Shown in pieces: positions 63,750 to 64,000 of a stretch of 64,000 nucleotides of DNA; positions within the stretch are counted from its first letter, which is position 1, and each line of letters begins with the position of its first letter. The notes under the pieces were generated by a model. That model ran no database searches. It was not told the DNA's origin and saw nothing but the letters and a program-made list of their open reading frames with translations. Position numbers and translations under genes: made by a program. The DNA is from Mobula hypostoma (lineage: Eukaryota): assembly GCF_963921235.1 (NCBI RefSeq), contig NC_086108.1, positions 22,940,001 to 23,004,000 on the forward strand, in the 5' to 3' direction.

Positions 63750-64000
63750 CCCAACAGTAGATGGGATGTGGACCACAGGAAATGGAAAGGGCGTGTCAAA
63801 AGGGCAATGTTATGAGAGTCATGGGAGATTTCAACTTGCAGATTAATTAGGAAAATCAGTTTGTTGAATGCTTATGAGATGGTTTTTAGAGCAGTTTGTT
63901 GATGAGTCTACTAGGGGATCAGCTATACTGGACTGGGTGTAAACCAGAGGTGATTAGGGAGTTTAAGGCAAAAGAACTCTTAGGAGACAGTGATCACAAT
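63750..64000 (+). mobile_element. CR1 endonuclease fragment, runs off the right edge
   Basis: gtcatgggagatttcaac (MGDFN), actaggggatcagctatactggactgg (TRGSAILDW) and agtgatcacaat (SDHN). Confidence 0.85.

Overview
This is eukaryotic, repeat-dense DNA with no recognisable host protein-coding exon. The repeat families suggest a cartilaginous fish such as a ray or shark (inference). Almost every long ORF belongs to a transposable element: CR1 and Rex1/Babar LINEs, Tx1 and RTE remnants, Penelope-like elements (PLEs), Tc1 and Tigger DNA transposons, a class I ERV, solo LTRs and tRNA-derived V-SINEs. The only host-looking feature is a CpG island at ~31.3-33.5 kb with minus-strand splice sites and CTCF-, RE1/REST- and CRE/ETS-like motifs, probably the non-coding 5' end of an unidentified gene. 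Three structures stand out. (1) A size series of PLE insertions (147 bp to 3.7 kb) shares inverted termini, a 37-42 bp one-sided tail, ~13 bp TSDs and minimal hammerhead ribozyme motifs; one is a 227-bp near-perfect palindrome with two back-to-back hammerheads. (2) A ~520-bp composite element capped by a hairpin at each end occurs four times; one copy's hairpins carry a solo LTR and an ERV and abut a Tc1. (3) A deleted tRNA-Pro-primed ERV retains its LTRs, PBS, PPT and TSD. All coordinates and identities were read by eye.
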